Shown here: positions 1 to 11,960 of the stretch, piece by piece
Layout of the letters: each line of letters opens with the position of its first letter
Numbering within the stretch: the stretch's first letter is position 1
Assembly: GCF_006345805.1 (NCBI RefSeq)
Contig: NC_043006.1
Span: forward strand, 64,294,001 to 64,358,000
DNA from: Octopus sinensis
Lineage: Eukaryota
Length of the DNA stretch: 64,000 bases
Reading direction: 5' to 3'
Made by a program: the position numbers and the translations under genes
Notes under the pieces: generated by a model
Told to the model about the DNA's origin: nothing
The model's database searches: none
The model's input: the letters and a program-made list of their open reading frames with translations, nothing else

Positions 1-540
1 GGGAGGGATAGGAAGAGGTGTCTTGTAAAAGAGTTTTAAGACTACTCTAGCAGGAAAGAGAGAGGAAGTAGGGTGAAAATGAGGTGAAGTGGTTTGCATT
101 AGGAAGGACATCCAGCCGTAGAAACTACATCAAAGCAAATAGCAGGGCTTGGTGCAGTCTTTTGGCATACCAGTTCCAGTTGAACCATCCAACCCACACC
201 AGCATAGGAAATGGATGTTAAATGATGATGATAATGCTAAAATCCTTGTTTTACCATTCAGTTTTCCAAGCTTACATAGATGAGACAAAATTTCTCAAGG
301 CAGATTTTATGTAGCCAAATATCATTCCTGTTGCCCACCTTCACTAGGCGGAGGACACAACTCAATGACTGCACTTTTTTCACAGAAAATTGCCAAGAAA
401 CGACCCTGCTTATATGACAGTGACATTTGTTTACAAGTAGCTCATGAACACACACTCATACATACATACATGTATACAGGAAAGTCTTCTCTCATTTTCC
501 ATCTACCAAATCCACTCACAATAAAACATTCATTACTAAC

Positions 541-586
541 CTGTAGACCAGATTTTCAGCATATTGTCCCAGGAACCACTGCACAT
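541..586 (-). CDS. WDR12: WDR12 exon 7 (MCSGSWDNMLKIWST + G); gene continues off the left end
   Basis: Acceptor ggtatcttgcag, donor G|gttagt; matches CSGSWDKMLKIWS. No further exon found in 1-540, which is SINE sequence. Confidence 0.92.
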
Positions 587-2334
587 CTGCAAGATACCAA
601 AGAGAAATGAAATGAAATACCTAGATTAGTTGTGGTGGTGGTTGAGGTTTACATTGGCAATAATACAATGAGGAACACCAGTGGACCTTAAGGAGAAGAA
701 AATGGAAGCTATATGTTGTTGTTTAGCCCCAGGTCAGCGAGTATTGAGCATACTTATGATCCAACCATGACCATCACAACTTTTTAGGGATATATTGAAC
801 TAAATGTGTCATTTATATATATGCAAATGCAGAGTGCAATTTAATGGAGATTTGGTTGCTATTTCTAATAAGTTGGCTGGTTGTACAGAGAGCCTCATCA
901 TTTAATGTAGTCATCGTTATGCAGTTGGCAACTTAATTACTCTTGTCTTAGTAACTAAGACAGGAATATTTAAGTTTGGTACATCTCAGAGATAATAAAC
1001 TACACTTAACCATGGTATTAGCTATTTACAACTACTGCCTCTGTCCTAGACAAAGGCCCATAACGGAGACAAAGTATGGCACTTTGACCCCCCCACCTCA
1101 GCAAATACACCAACAATTTGATAACTCCAACAGCCTTGATTCTCTTAAATATACTTGAAACTTTAACAACCATGTCATCTTGACAACTACCATCATAAAT
1201 TTTATCACTGCTCTCAATAGGTCCGTCATTATCAACAATACTCATCATCAGCAAGAGTGATCACGTGGTCACTTGACCTGTTAGAAAAAACAGCTAAATT
1301 TCCCTTAAGCCATACTACACCATCTTAAATAAGAATCCATTCAACACCTGAATGTCTTCTACTGTAACCTCAGGCTGACCAAATCTCTGAGAGCAAATTA
1401 TGTAGATAGAAATTAAAAAGAAACCTATTACACACACACATATATATGTGTATCCTTGTCTTCATATCACACGCTAATTGTAAACAAGTTTCACCATTAT
1501 ACAAGTGGTGATATCTGCAGTCTTCCATGAAATCATGTCCAAACTAAGGGAAAATGCTACCACGTTTAGAAACAGGTAAGGGTTAGCAACAGGAAGGGCA
1601 TCCAGCCATAGAAAATTTGCTTCAATGAACTCCATTTAACCTCTGCAATAATTAAAAATGCAGGTTAAAACAATGATGACGATATATCATCATCATTATA
1701 CGTCCACTTTTCCATGCTTGCACAGGCTGAACAGAGTCTATTGAGGCAAACTTTCTACAGCTGGATGCCCTTCCACTTGCCAACCCTTATCTATTTCCAT
1801 GCACAGTAATTATTTCCCATGGCCAGACAGGTTTTCTATGGAAGATAGCAAACAACCCTGCTTGTATGACAGTGATGCTCATTTACAACCAATACCTGAT
1901 GTATAGACAAGGGTACACAAACACACACATACATACATGCATATATGATGGACTTCTTTTAGTCTCCATTTACCAAATTCACTCACAAGGCTTTGGTTGA
2001 CCCAAGGCTATAGTAGAAGACACATGCCCAAAGTTCCACACAGTGGAACTGAAGCTAAAGACTATATGATTAGGAAGCAACCTTCTTAACCACACAACCA
2101 TGCTTGCACCTGTGTCTAGAAAAGAGATGAGATGCTCAAAGCTAGAATGCCTTTAACTATGTCTGCTTGACCAGGGGCTAAACAACAATAACTGGCAGCA
2201 TCCTCATCATTGCTCCTATTCTTGCTAGCCACCCTTTATTATATAATCTTTACTCCAAAATCTATTTTAGTCAACCAGACAATATTAAGTGAGGCCCCAC
2301 AGGAATGAATCTAGTTAAAGCCATCTGAACTTAC

Positions 2335-2492
2335 CCTTTTTTTGGTGTGGTCTACTGCCACACAATCCACACTGGCTGAATGACCACGACACACGTAATT
2401 GCATTTCACTTCTTTGGTTTTGGGATTCCACTGCCACAGTAGCAATGTTTGGTCATGGGAGCCAGTGACAAATTCACAGACAGGACTTTCGT
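2335..2492 (-). CDS. WDR12: WDR12 exon 6 (D-ESPVCEFVTGSHDQTLLLWQWNPKTKEVKCNYVCRGHSASVDCVAVDHTKKR)
   Basis: Donor AGG|gtaagt; WD40 sequence matches human DQTILLWEWN...CRGHAGSVD (recalled); the only in-frame acceptor is a purine-rich aaaaaag. Confidence 0.92.
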
Positions 2493-3593
2493 CTTTTTTA
2501 ATGTAGTTTTGTAGTTTGTTAGAATTTCAGGTAAAACATGGAAGAAGAAGAAACAAGAAATCAATGTAAATATCAAACACCCAAGTAATACCACCACCCC
2601 ATCCCACCCAACACTTGCTCTCTTTCTCCGTCTGTTAACCCTTCTACGCTCAGCACAAATACCTCATGAGCATATGCAATCACAGTAATAGCCAGAGTTG
2701 CTAATTCAAAATTTAAAAAAGCATTATTTCTGTCCCCTCTATCTTATATCCTTCAACAGACACAAAGCCTATCATCACTACTCCCAGCTGAGGGGATTTT
2801 GTCTCGCAAGATACTTGGTGACCCTGTCAGTGCTGGTGCCATGTAAAAGCACCCAGTACACTTTGTAAAGTGATTGACATTGGGAAGGGCATCCAGCCGT
2901 AGAAGCCAGGCCAAAACAAATAATGGAACCTGGTGCAGCTCCTATAAAATCCATGACAGCATGGAAAACACACCAAACAAAAAAATGATGACTATTTCAA
3001 TAGTTAAAAGTGGAAAGCACCAAAAACCCACATAAAATGGTGTAAAAATCAAAAGATTTATATTAAAATTTTCCAATCTAATTAAATGAAGTTAATTACT
3101 GTATTTGTACTCCTTAATATTTTCAAAGAATTCCTGACCAATTTTATTTTGATGTAGAGCATGGTGCAGCCATTGGCTCTCCTGACCTCAGTCAAACTAT
3201 CCAACCCATGCCAGCATGGAAAATGGACATTAAACGATGATGAAGCTGCAGCTTCACATCATTTATAAGCATCTATGGATCCAATTTTCTTTAACAGTTT
3301 GCTAGGTACTTTACAATTGTAACATTTACCACTTGATTTAAATTTGCGTTTGATGTTCAAAATTCCTTTGTATTTCTATGCTTAAGCATTTATGCTTGTT
3401 TGATTTCAAAAAATTCATGTGGCCAAATACTCTCTCCACATCAGCATTTGCTTGTGGTAAAACGAGAAGTGTTAGAGCAAACTAAAAACACGCAGGGGCA
3501 TAACAAAGAATTTTTGTGCTGAAACTAGTAAGAGGCACTAAACTGGCAACTCAAGAAACATCCTTAATTATAGAATACATTTAAAAGACTTAC

Positions 3594-3709
3594 CATGTTT
3601 TATCCAAGACACACACAAAACCGGTGCTGTGTGTCCAGATATTGTCTTTAAGTTGACACCCTCTTTGTTCCAAATATGAATAGTGTTGTCATAGCAACCT
3701 GATAATATA
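3594..3709 (-). CDS. WDR12: WDR12 exon 5 ([39 protein letters not shown])
   Basis: Acceptor ttctaccttcag, donor G|gtaagt; WD40 repeat with GH and W motifs; phases fit both neighbours. Confidence 0.94.
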
Positions 3710-4943
3710 CTGAAGGTAGAAGAAAATATAAAAATAAGGAACAAAAAAGATATAAATTAAATGTTAATTCTTCACATAGCACAAATTATATAGGGCCGTG
3801 TGAACTACAAGATCTACAGAGCTTTGTCATCATTTATCAAACGGTTCCATAGAACTGTCCAATGCCACAAGGATACATAGAGCTATATCAAGTACAACAA
3901 CTACATACAAAGCTCTATCAAGCACTACAAGGTTATAGGGAGTAAAGTCATGTGACTTCTAACCATGACCTTAGGTTGACTAATAAATTCAGATCATCAT
4001 CATCATCGTTTAACGTCTGCTTTCCATGATGGCATGGGATGGACAGTTTGACTGAGGATTAGCAAGCTAGAAGGTTGCAAGTTTCTACAGCTGGATGCCC
4101 TTTCTAATGACAACCACTCTGAGTGTAGTGGGTGCTCGTTACATCCCACTGGCACGGGAGGGGGGGCAGTCAGGCAGTACTAGCATCGACCATGCTTGAA
4201 TGGTGATTTTTACATGCCACTGGCATGGGAGCCAGTCAGGCGGCACTGGCAACAACCATGCTCGAATGATGCTTTTTATGGGCCACCAGCACGGGAGCCA
4301 GTCAGGCAGTACTGGCATCAGCGATGCTCAAATGGTGCTTTTACATGCCATCAGCACAGGAGCCAGTCAGATGGTACTGGCATCGACCACATTGGTATGG
4401 TGTATTTTTCATGCCACCGGTACAGGATCCAGTCTGGAGGGACTGGCATCGACCATGCTTGAATGTATTTATATGGCAGACGTGGCTGTATGGTAAAGAA
4501 GTTTGCTTCCCAACTACAGGGTTTCAGTTTCACTCCCTCAGCATGACATCTTGGGCAAGTGTCTTCTACTAAAACCTCAGGCCAAGCAAAGCCTTCTGAG
4601 TGGATTTGGTAGAGAGAAACTAAAAGAAGCCCTGTCTCCTTGCTTTGATATTGTGTGATGGTTGTAAGCAAGTGGTATTGTCATTCAAGCAGTGGCCTTC
4701 ACTCCCAATCTTCTGTGAAACATGCCTGGCCATGAGAAAAACAGCTTTAATTATAAAAATAAAATAGACGTTTTTAAAACATTGAATAACCATTGGTGGG
4801 GTCCACTTGAGTAAAATTGGAATCAAAAAGGGTCCAAAGGCAAAAAATGTTTGAGAACCACTGGTGTGAAGGACAGAAACAGAATAAAAATGAAAGGATC
4901 ACAGAGTGAGAAGAGGAGGAAGAGCATGTCGGAAGTAACTTAC

Positions 4944-5050
4944 TATTGTTTCCCTCCATGGATACAGCTAACCCAGTCATCATGGACAAGGGAATCTTCA
5001 GGCTGGGGTGCTGGGTGTCTCTCAAGGTATTCTACTTCAATAACATCTTC
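4944..5050 (-). CDS. WDR12: WDR12 exon 4 ([35 protein letters not shown] + TA)
   Basis: Acceptor aacttttcag, donor TA|gtaagt; matches the EIEY...APQP...HDDW motif of WDR12/Ytm1. Confidence 0.95.
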
Positions 5051-6579
5051 CTGAAAAGTTTAAAAATTGTAAAGTTGAACTGTAAATTTTATAAAGGAAA
5101 ATACACTTGTGCAATGTCAGTGTGCATGTATGACAGTGTGTAAGCATCTGTAGAGACAACTGCACTGGTGTGGTCATGTGGTGCATAAGGACAAGAACAG
5201 CTGTGTAAAGAAGTGCTGATCTCTGTGGAGGGAACCTATGGTGAGATAGACCCAGGAAGACATGGAACAAGGTGGTGAAGCATAATCTTTGAACTTTAGG
5301 CTTCATGGAGGCAATGACTAGTGACCGAGACCTTTGGTAAAAAGCTGTACTTGCTCATCCCTCTATCATACTTTAGCCTTCCCACACCTGGCCCCTCCCC
5401 CACACTTCACCTTCCTTCTTAGTAGTGGAAGTTTATCTTTTTTCCCTGTACATTTCTGCCTTGCAGGTTTACATGGCAACCTCTTTAGTGCCAATGGCAT
5501 GAAAAAAGTACTGAGTACAGTTTGTAACATTGCTGATATTAGGAATGACATCCAGCCATAGAAACCATGTCCAAGCAGACATTGGGGCCCAATACAGCCT
5601 TGCAGCTCACCGGATCCTGTCAGACTGTCCAAATCATGCTAACATGGAAATAGATGTTAGATTAAAAAAAAAAAATCAACCATTGAACGTTGGGCTTCAC
5701 AGAGGCAAAGAGGCTGAGTACTTTTGAGCATTGGGCCTGATGGAGGCAGAGTGGCTGAGTTCCTTTCGAGTGGGCCTCACGGAGGTGAGATGGCAGAGTT
5801 CCTTCCACGTGTTAGGCCTCACAGAGGCAATGAACAAGACCTTTGACATTATGTCCTGCTTGAGAAGATCCATCAAGGCAAGCAAAATCAGTCGTGGTAG
5901 ATACCAGTGTCATGCAAATGGCACCCATTACACTCTCAGAGTGGTGGCATTAGGAAGGGCATCCAACCATAGAAAACCATGCTAAATCAGACTAGAGTCT
6001 GGTGCAGCCTTCCAGCTTACCAGCTCAATCAAACCATCCAACCCGTGCTAGCATTGTCAAAAGATGTATGAAAATGATGTTCTATATGTATATCATCATC
6101 ATCATGGGTGGACAATTTGACCAGAGCTGGCAAGCAGAACTGCACCAGGTTCAAGTCTGATTCAAATTGGTTTCTACAGCTGGATGCCCTTCCCAACACC
6201 ACTTTACAGTGTGTGCTGGGTACTTTTAACGTGGAACTGGTAAGTTCTCTTCCCAACATTCAACAAGATGGTCCTAGGTTCAGTCCCACTGCATGACACC
6301 TTCAGTTAAGTGTCTTCTATTATAGCCCTGGGCCAATCAAAGCCTTGTGTGAGCATCTGGAGATAGAAACTGAAAGAGGCCCACTGTGTGTGTATGTACT
6401 TATAGTGGTGTCTGTGGTGGTGTTACTGATTGCATAAATGGTGGTAGTGTTTGTGATGATGATGATGGTTGTATCTTTGTATCTGTTGTGATGTGAGTGG
6501 CCGCAGCAGTGATGGTGGTAGTGGTGATGATTGGTTGCAGTGGTATTGGTCACAGCTGAATGACAAATACGTTACTTAC

Positions 6580-6686
6580 TGTGGAGATATTGCTTTGAAC
6601 AAGGTGCTCAAGAAGAGTTGTGTGAAGGAATTCTCCTTTGATAAGGAAATCAAAGTCAACCAGCTTTGGTGTGTCAGTGAGGGCTT
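6580..6686 (-). CDS. WDR12: WDR12 exon 3 (E-ALTDTPKLVDFDFLIKGEFLHTTLLEHLVQSNIST)
   Basis: Acceptor tgttcccag, donor ACA|gtaagt; carries the diagnostic NLE-domain FDFLIKGEFL motif. Confidence 0.95.
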
Positions 6687-6792
6687 CTGGGAACATGAAA
6701 CAGAAGACAGCAAACAAAGACATTAACGACACATTATAGGGTAACATACAGAGTGCTGGTTACCTTTTAAAATAAACATCCATAAATATACA

Positions 6793-7497
6793 GACCCCCA
6801 AGGCCTCAGAAGCTCAGTTACTCAGTTCCCATGGTGTAAGTGACTGAGATCACAATCTTCGCTTTGAATGGAATCCTAGTGCATTGCAGGGTTCAAGGCC
6901 AACAATTTGTTTATATCAGCCCCAGTACTTGACTAGTAGTTTATTTTATTGACCCTGAAGGGATGAAAAGTTAAGTTGACTTTGGTGGGATTTGAACTCA
7001 GAACATAGAAGACCAGAGGAAATACCATTAAGCATTTTGTCCACTGTGCAAATGATTCTGCCATGAACATTTATTGATGATATTCATGTGTTGCGTATAC
7101 TTCGTATTACATTGCATTTGTAATGTTTATTTCATCATCATCATGATGATGATGATGAAATAAACATTACAAATGCAATGTAATACGAAGTATACGCAAC
7201 ACATGAATATCATCAATAAATGTTCATGGCAGAATCATTTGCACAGTGGACAAAATGCTTAATGGTATTTCCTCTGGTCTTCTATGTTCTGAGTTCAAAT
7301 CCCACCAAAGTCAACTTAACTTTTCATCCCTTCAGGGTCAATAAAATAAACTACTAGTCAAGTACTGGGGCTGATATAAACAAATTGTTGGCCTTGAACC
7401 CTGCAATGCACTAGGATTCCATTCAAAGCGAAGATTGTGATCTCAGTCACTTACACCATGGGAACTGAGTAACTGAGCTTCTGAGGCCTTGGGGGTC
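6793..7497. repeat. Apparently perfect 705-bp palindrome (two 352-bp arms, centre 7145) in WDR12 intron 2
   Basis: 6793-7144 is the reverse complement of 7146-7497, with no mismatch in the stretches compared by eye; centre (cat)4 g (atg)4; each arm carries a SINE fragment. Confidence 0.9.
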
Positions 7498-7596
7498 CAA
7501 AAAAAATGAGAAAAAAAATGATGCTCTAATAACGCAGCCAGTCTGCTGCTGCCAATAAAAGGAAAGACTTGACAGAAGTTTGAATAATGAGAATAC

Positions 7597-7682
7597 CTTT
7601 TAGCAATCCATTGACAAGACTGTTCAGTTCTTTGACAGTGATTTTACTGGGGACAGAGAATGGTGCATCGGGAACTGAATAC
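7597..7682 (-). CDS. WDR12: WDR12 exon 2 (Q-YSVPDAPFSVPSKITVKELNSLVNGLLK)
   Basis: Acceptor tattacag, donor G|gtattc; matches human YAVDDVPFSIP...LSNIINKLL (recalled). Confidence 0.93.
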
Positions 7683-9001
7683 CTGTAATAAGAAAATGTG
7701 AGAAGAGGAGGAGGGTATATGAGACACTGTAGTATGAGATGAACTGTGTCTGGAAATAACATGATGATCATGGCTGGAATAAATGTCTTTTATCATAAAT
7801 CTCAAAATGAGAGGTGATCAAACAACAACAATCATACAATTATTATTATCTTTATTATTAAGGTGGTGAGCTAGCAGAATCGTTAGCATGCCGGGTGAAA
7901 TGCTTAGCAGTATTTCGTCCGTCTTCACGTTCTGTTCAGAGTTCAAATTCCGCCGAGGTCGACTTTGCTTTTCATCCTTTTGAGATTGATAAATTAAATA
8001 CCAGTTACACACTGGGATTGATGTAACCAACTGGTCCCTTCCCCTCCAAATTTTAGGCTTTGTGCTTATAATAGAAAGGATTATTATTATTATCAAGGCA
8101 GTTAGCTGACAGAATCGTTAGCACACCAAGCTAAATGCTTAGCTATTTCGCCCGTTGCTATGTTCTAAATTCAAATTCTACCAAGGGTGACTTTGCCTTT
8201 CATCCTTCCGGGGTCGATAAATTAAAAATCCCAGCCGATACAATCAACAGAACAGCTTGCTCATGAAATTAACATGCAAGTGGCTGAGCAGCCCACAGGC
8301 ACGTATACCCTTAACATAATTCTCAGGGAGATTCAGCACATGACGCAGAGTGTGACAAGGTCGGCCCTTTGAAATACAGGTACTACTCATTTTTGCCAGC
8401 TGAGTGGACTGGAGCAACGTGAAATAAGGAGTCTTGCTCAAGAACACAATGCATTGCCAGGAATTGAACTCACGACCTTTCAAATTTGAGCCGAATGCTC
8501 TAACCACTAAGCCACACACCTTCACTATTATTTATATATATATACACACACAAACACATATGTATATATATCGCGGTAACATCAACATTTTTTCTCTGCT
8601 GTAAGGCTCAATTCCTAACACGCCAGCTGAATTCAATTCATCTCTAGTCGAAAGACGCCTGTTGTGATGTCCTGTTATTATTATTGTTTTTTTTGTATTA
8701 TTTTTGTATTTATATTCGTGTAACATCGTCTGTTTTTCCGTCCTTGTTTCGTATACATTCGAAGCTTTTTTCCAAGGAATCTAATGCTCTTAGCTTAGTT
8801 TAATCAGCCGAAATTGCGAGGATGATCTGGTTCTTGAGTGAAGATTAAATATATCATCATCATCATCGTTTAACGTCCGCTTTCCATGCTAGCATGGGTT
8901 GGACGGTTCAACTGGGGTCTGGGAAGCCAGAAGGCTGCACCAGGCCCAGTCTGATCTGGCAATGTTTCTACGGCTGGATGTGTATATATATATATGTATG
9001 T

Positions 9002-9046
<45 letters not shown>

Positions 9047-9306
9047 TTTGATGCTGCTTTCCAAGGAATTTAATGCTCTTAGCTTAGTTTTTCCTGGGGA
9101 TGGCCAGATTGGAGCAATCTCAAGATTAATCAGCCGAAATTGCAAGGATGATCCAGTTCTTGACTGAGGATAAAAAGCTTCAAATGACACATTTTGTATC
9201 GTCTATCTGGATGTTTTTTGTCCCTTTTTGTATCACCTAGTTGTCTGGATGTTTTGCGTTCTTGTCCCATTTTGTATTTTATATATATATATATATATGT
9301 GTGTAT

Positions 9307-9339
<33 letters not shown>

Positions 9340-10779
9340 CCGAGATCTAAGTGATATTGATATTTGATTTTGAGCAGGTGTGGAGCGATCACTACACTGA
9401 TGTTTTTCAAAATAGAACAGAATCACTGAAAAGAAGCCAATACACAGCAACAAAACTCCTTTCAGCATCATTTAAATTAATACATTTTTAAATGTGTGTC
9501 ATTATTATTATAATGTATATTTTTAATATTTATGTCACTGTTTAAAACCTATGGAAACAAATGAGAACGAGTGATTTTAACCCTTTAGCATTTAAACCAT
9601 CCATACGAGACCCAAATATTCTGTTTTATGTTTAAACTTGACAGATCCAGGCTCTCATACCCACCCTACAATGTCATTCTAAAAATAAAGTCAAATCATT
9701 GAAACCCAGAAGCTATGATAAACTGCAAGATTAACTCACAACAATGCAAATAACTAAGCATTATATTTTATTAGAGTAATCTAAATGCTGAAGGGATATG
9801 ATAAAAAAAAAAATTGTTTTACTTTATAAAACAGATTCCATATATATGCATGTGTGTTTGTGTGTGTGTGTAATCACCCACCCTTTCTAATCCCTGATCC
9901 ACTCCTCTATATACAACACCTTGTAACTTGGGTGCACACCCCTGCCATCTCTCTGTCACATCTTCACCACCTGAGATAACCCTGTCTCCTTTCTAATGCA
10001 AGGCACCTTTCTGTCCCTCAATACTACTCCCCCACCCCATTTAAAGGGTCTTGTCCTGCTGCAAGTTACTTGGTGACCACACTGGTGCTGGTGCCACGTA
10101 ATAACTACCCAGTACACTCTGTAAAGTGGTTGGCATTAAGAAGGGCATCCAGCCATAGAAACCATACCAAAATGTTTGGTGAAGTCTTCTAACTTCCTTG
10201 TTCCCATCAAACCATCAAACCCAAGCCAGCATGTTAAATGGATGTAAAATATATATAAGCACCGTTCATACGTGGGTTGTAGCCAGTGCCACCTGATTGG
10301 CTCCCCATGCCAATGGCACGTAAAAAGCACTGTCCGAACATGGTCGATGATGTATATATATAGATATATATATATATATATATAGTCCAGCCCATATTAG
10401 CATAGAACACAGAGATTAAGTAAACAAACCATTTAGATTAATGGTTAAGATTAAGTTGAAGGAATAGCTCATTGGTATCTGGTATTCCACAAATCCAAAA
10501 GTATCCAAGGATTAATTGATACATTTAAACTAATTACAGTAGTAAAATGAAATAAATGGATTTGAGTATTAATACATGGGTTTCAGCAGCAAAATTTATT
10601 ATTAGCACATTATTATTATTATTATTATTATATTCTCATAGTAGCCAAATTACCAAATGGTTTCAATAGAGAAGCCAATCCTGCAATCATCAGAAAGAAT
10701 TGAACGAAACAGTATTTGGTTATCATGAGACTTTAATTATTATTATTAATAATAATAATAACAATCCTTTCTACTAAAC

Positions 10780-10980
10780 TCACAAGCCCTTAAATTGGGT
10801 AGGGGAAGAACAGTCGATTACATCGACCCTCGTATCTCACTGGTGCTTAATTTATCGACCTCGAAAGGCTAAGAGGTAAAGTCGACCTCGGCGGAATTTG
10901 AACTCAGAATGTAAGGACGGACGAAATGCTTAGCAGCATTTTGTCCGGCGAACTAACGGTTCTAAGTTCGCCGCCTTTAA
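10780..10980 (-). mobile_element. tRNA-derived SINE with a Deu/Nin-like central domain. Other copies near 7860-8240, 13170-13370, 35190-35320, 37680-37820, 44385-44620, 53075-53170, 54715-54850
   Basis: Recurrent gagttcaaattccgccgaggtcgactttgcctttcatcctttcggggtcgataaattaagtaccag block seen many times in the window; the Nin/Deu label is from recall. Confidence 0.75.
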
Positions 10981-11080
10981 TAATAATAAATAGTAATAAT
11001 AATATAGCGGAAACGCAATGAACAAAAACACAGTTTATGCATACAATTACAAATATATACATAATATACACAGTTTAATA

Positions 11081-11325
11081 GGCATTCTTTCGATATAACT
11101 CGACAAAATCAAAACATTTCACTTCGGGTATTTCCGTGGAAGCAAATGACAGTTCGATACCGTTTTCTGCTTGGAAATTTGCGGATTTTACCTACACACA
11201 TGAAACAGGTAAGAACAAATAAGCAAGGTTTTTCTTCAAGTTTAAAATGAGACATTGCTGGCATAATTTCGGAAATACCCGAAGTGAAATGTTTTGATTT
11301 TGTCGAGTTATATCGAAGGAATGCC
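11081..11325. mobile_element. 245-bp MITE with ~56-bp TIRs starting GG and an 8-bp TSD (gtttaata); Merlin-like
   Basis: TIR ggcattctttcgatataactcg...tttccg at 11081-11136, mirrored at 11270-11325; gtttaata at 11073-11080 and 11326-11333. Superfamily assignment is inference. Confidence 0.85.
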
Positions 11326-11803
11326 GTTTAATAAAACAAACGTAAAAAAAAAAAAAATGAGTTGAAGTTGTTTGACAATTCAACCCTCAAGTAAATTGCA
11401 AATACGTAGTTTTGTTCAACCGCAGGTCAGCCGGATCGTACAGAATGACATGGGGGCCAAACAAATATTTGACCACCCTCCATTTTTTTTTTTCGAAGTA
11501 TAATAGTAGTTCTAGATTATACTTCTTTTTTTTTTTTAACACACACACACATATATATATATCGGACATGAGGGAGATTTCATGGATATTTTAAGCAGGC
11601 GAAGCAGTAACAGAATGCTACATCGTTTGGAAATCTGGAATGAGTGGAAAAGAAAAGAAAGAAAGAAAAAGCAGCACGTATGTAATAGCTAACTAAAGCA
11701 TTAGAGATCGTTGAGACAAGCAAATAATGTGGTAGAATGCTAGATATGCATCTAGAGTTTATCTTAGCAGGAAAAGAAAATGTTAAAGTAAAGAAATACT
11801 TAC

Positions 11804-11856
11804 TGAGATTGTTTTGTGAAGAGTCTCACCAGCACGTGCGACCCGGTGTTCGACAT
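11804..11856 (-). CDS. WDR12: WDR12 coding exon 1 (MSNTGSHVLVRLFTKQS + CA)
   Basis: ATG at 11856-11854; donor CA|gtaagt; phase 2 joins exon 2 in frame; resembles the N-terminus of the WDR12 NLE/ubiquitin-like domain (recalled). Confidence 0.88.
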
Positions 11857-11960
11857 CTTGTTAATTGGAAAATATATGTAACTTCCGGTAAACACCGGCA
11901 CTCATACGGTGTAATACTGGTAATTACCCCAATAAGAAAATGTATTATACGTTATCACTG
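11857..11960 (-). promoter_or_regulatory. Probable WDR12 proximal promoter / 5' UTR with an ETS-type CCGGAAGT site at 11881-11888
   Basis: Lies immediately upstream of the ATG in a CpG-retaining stretch. The TSS is not determinable, and the motif is short and could be chance. Confidence 0.4.

Noticed and set aside
2493-3593. U12-type (AT-AC) intron to explain the odd exon 6 acceptor
   Set aside because: The donor is a canonical gtaagt and the phase fits the AAG acceptor; there is no RTATCCTT at the junction.
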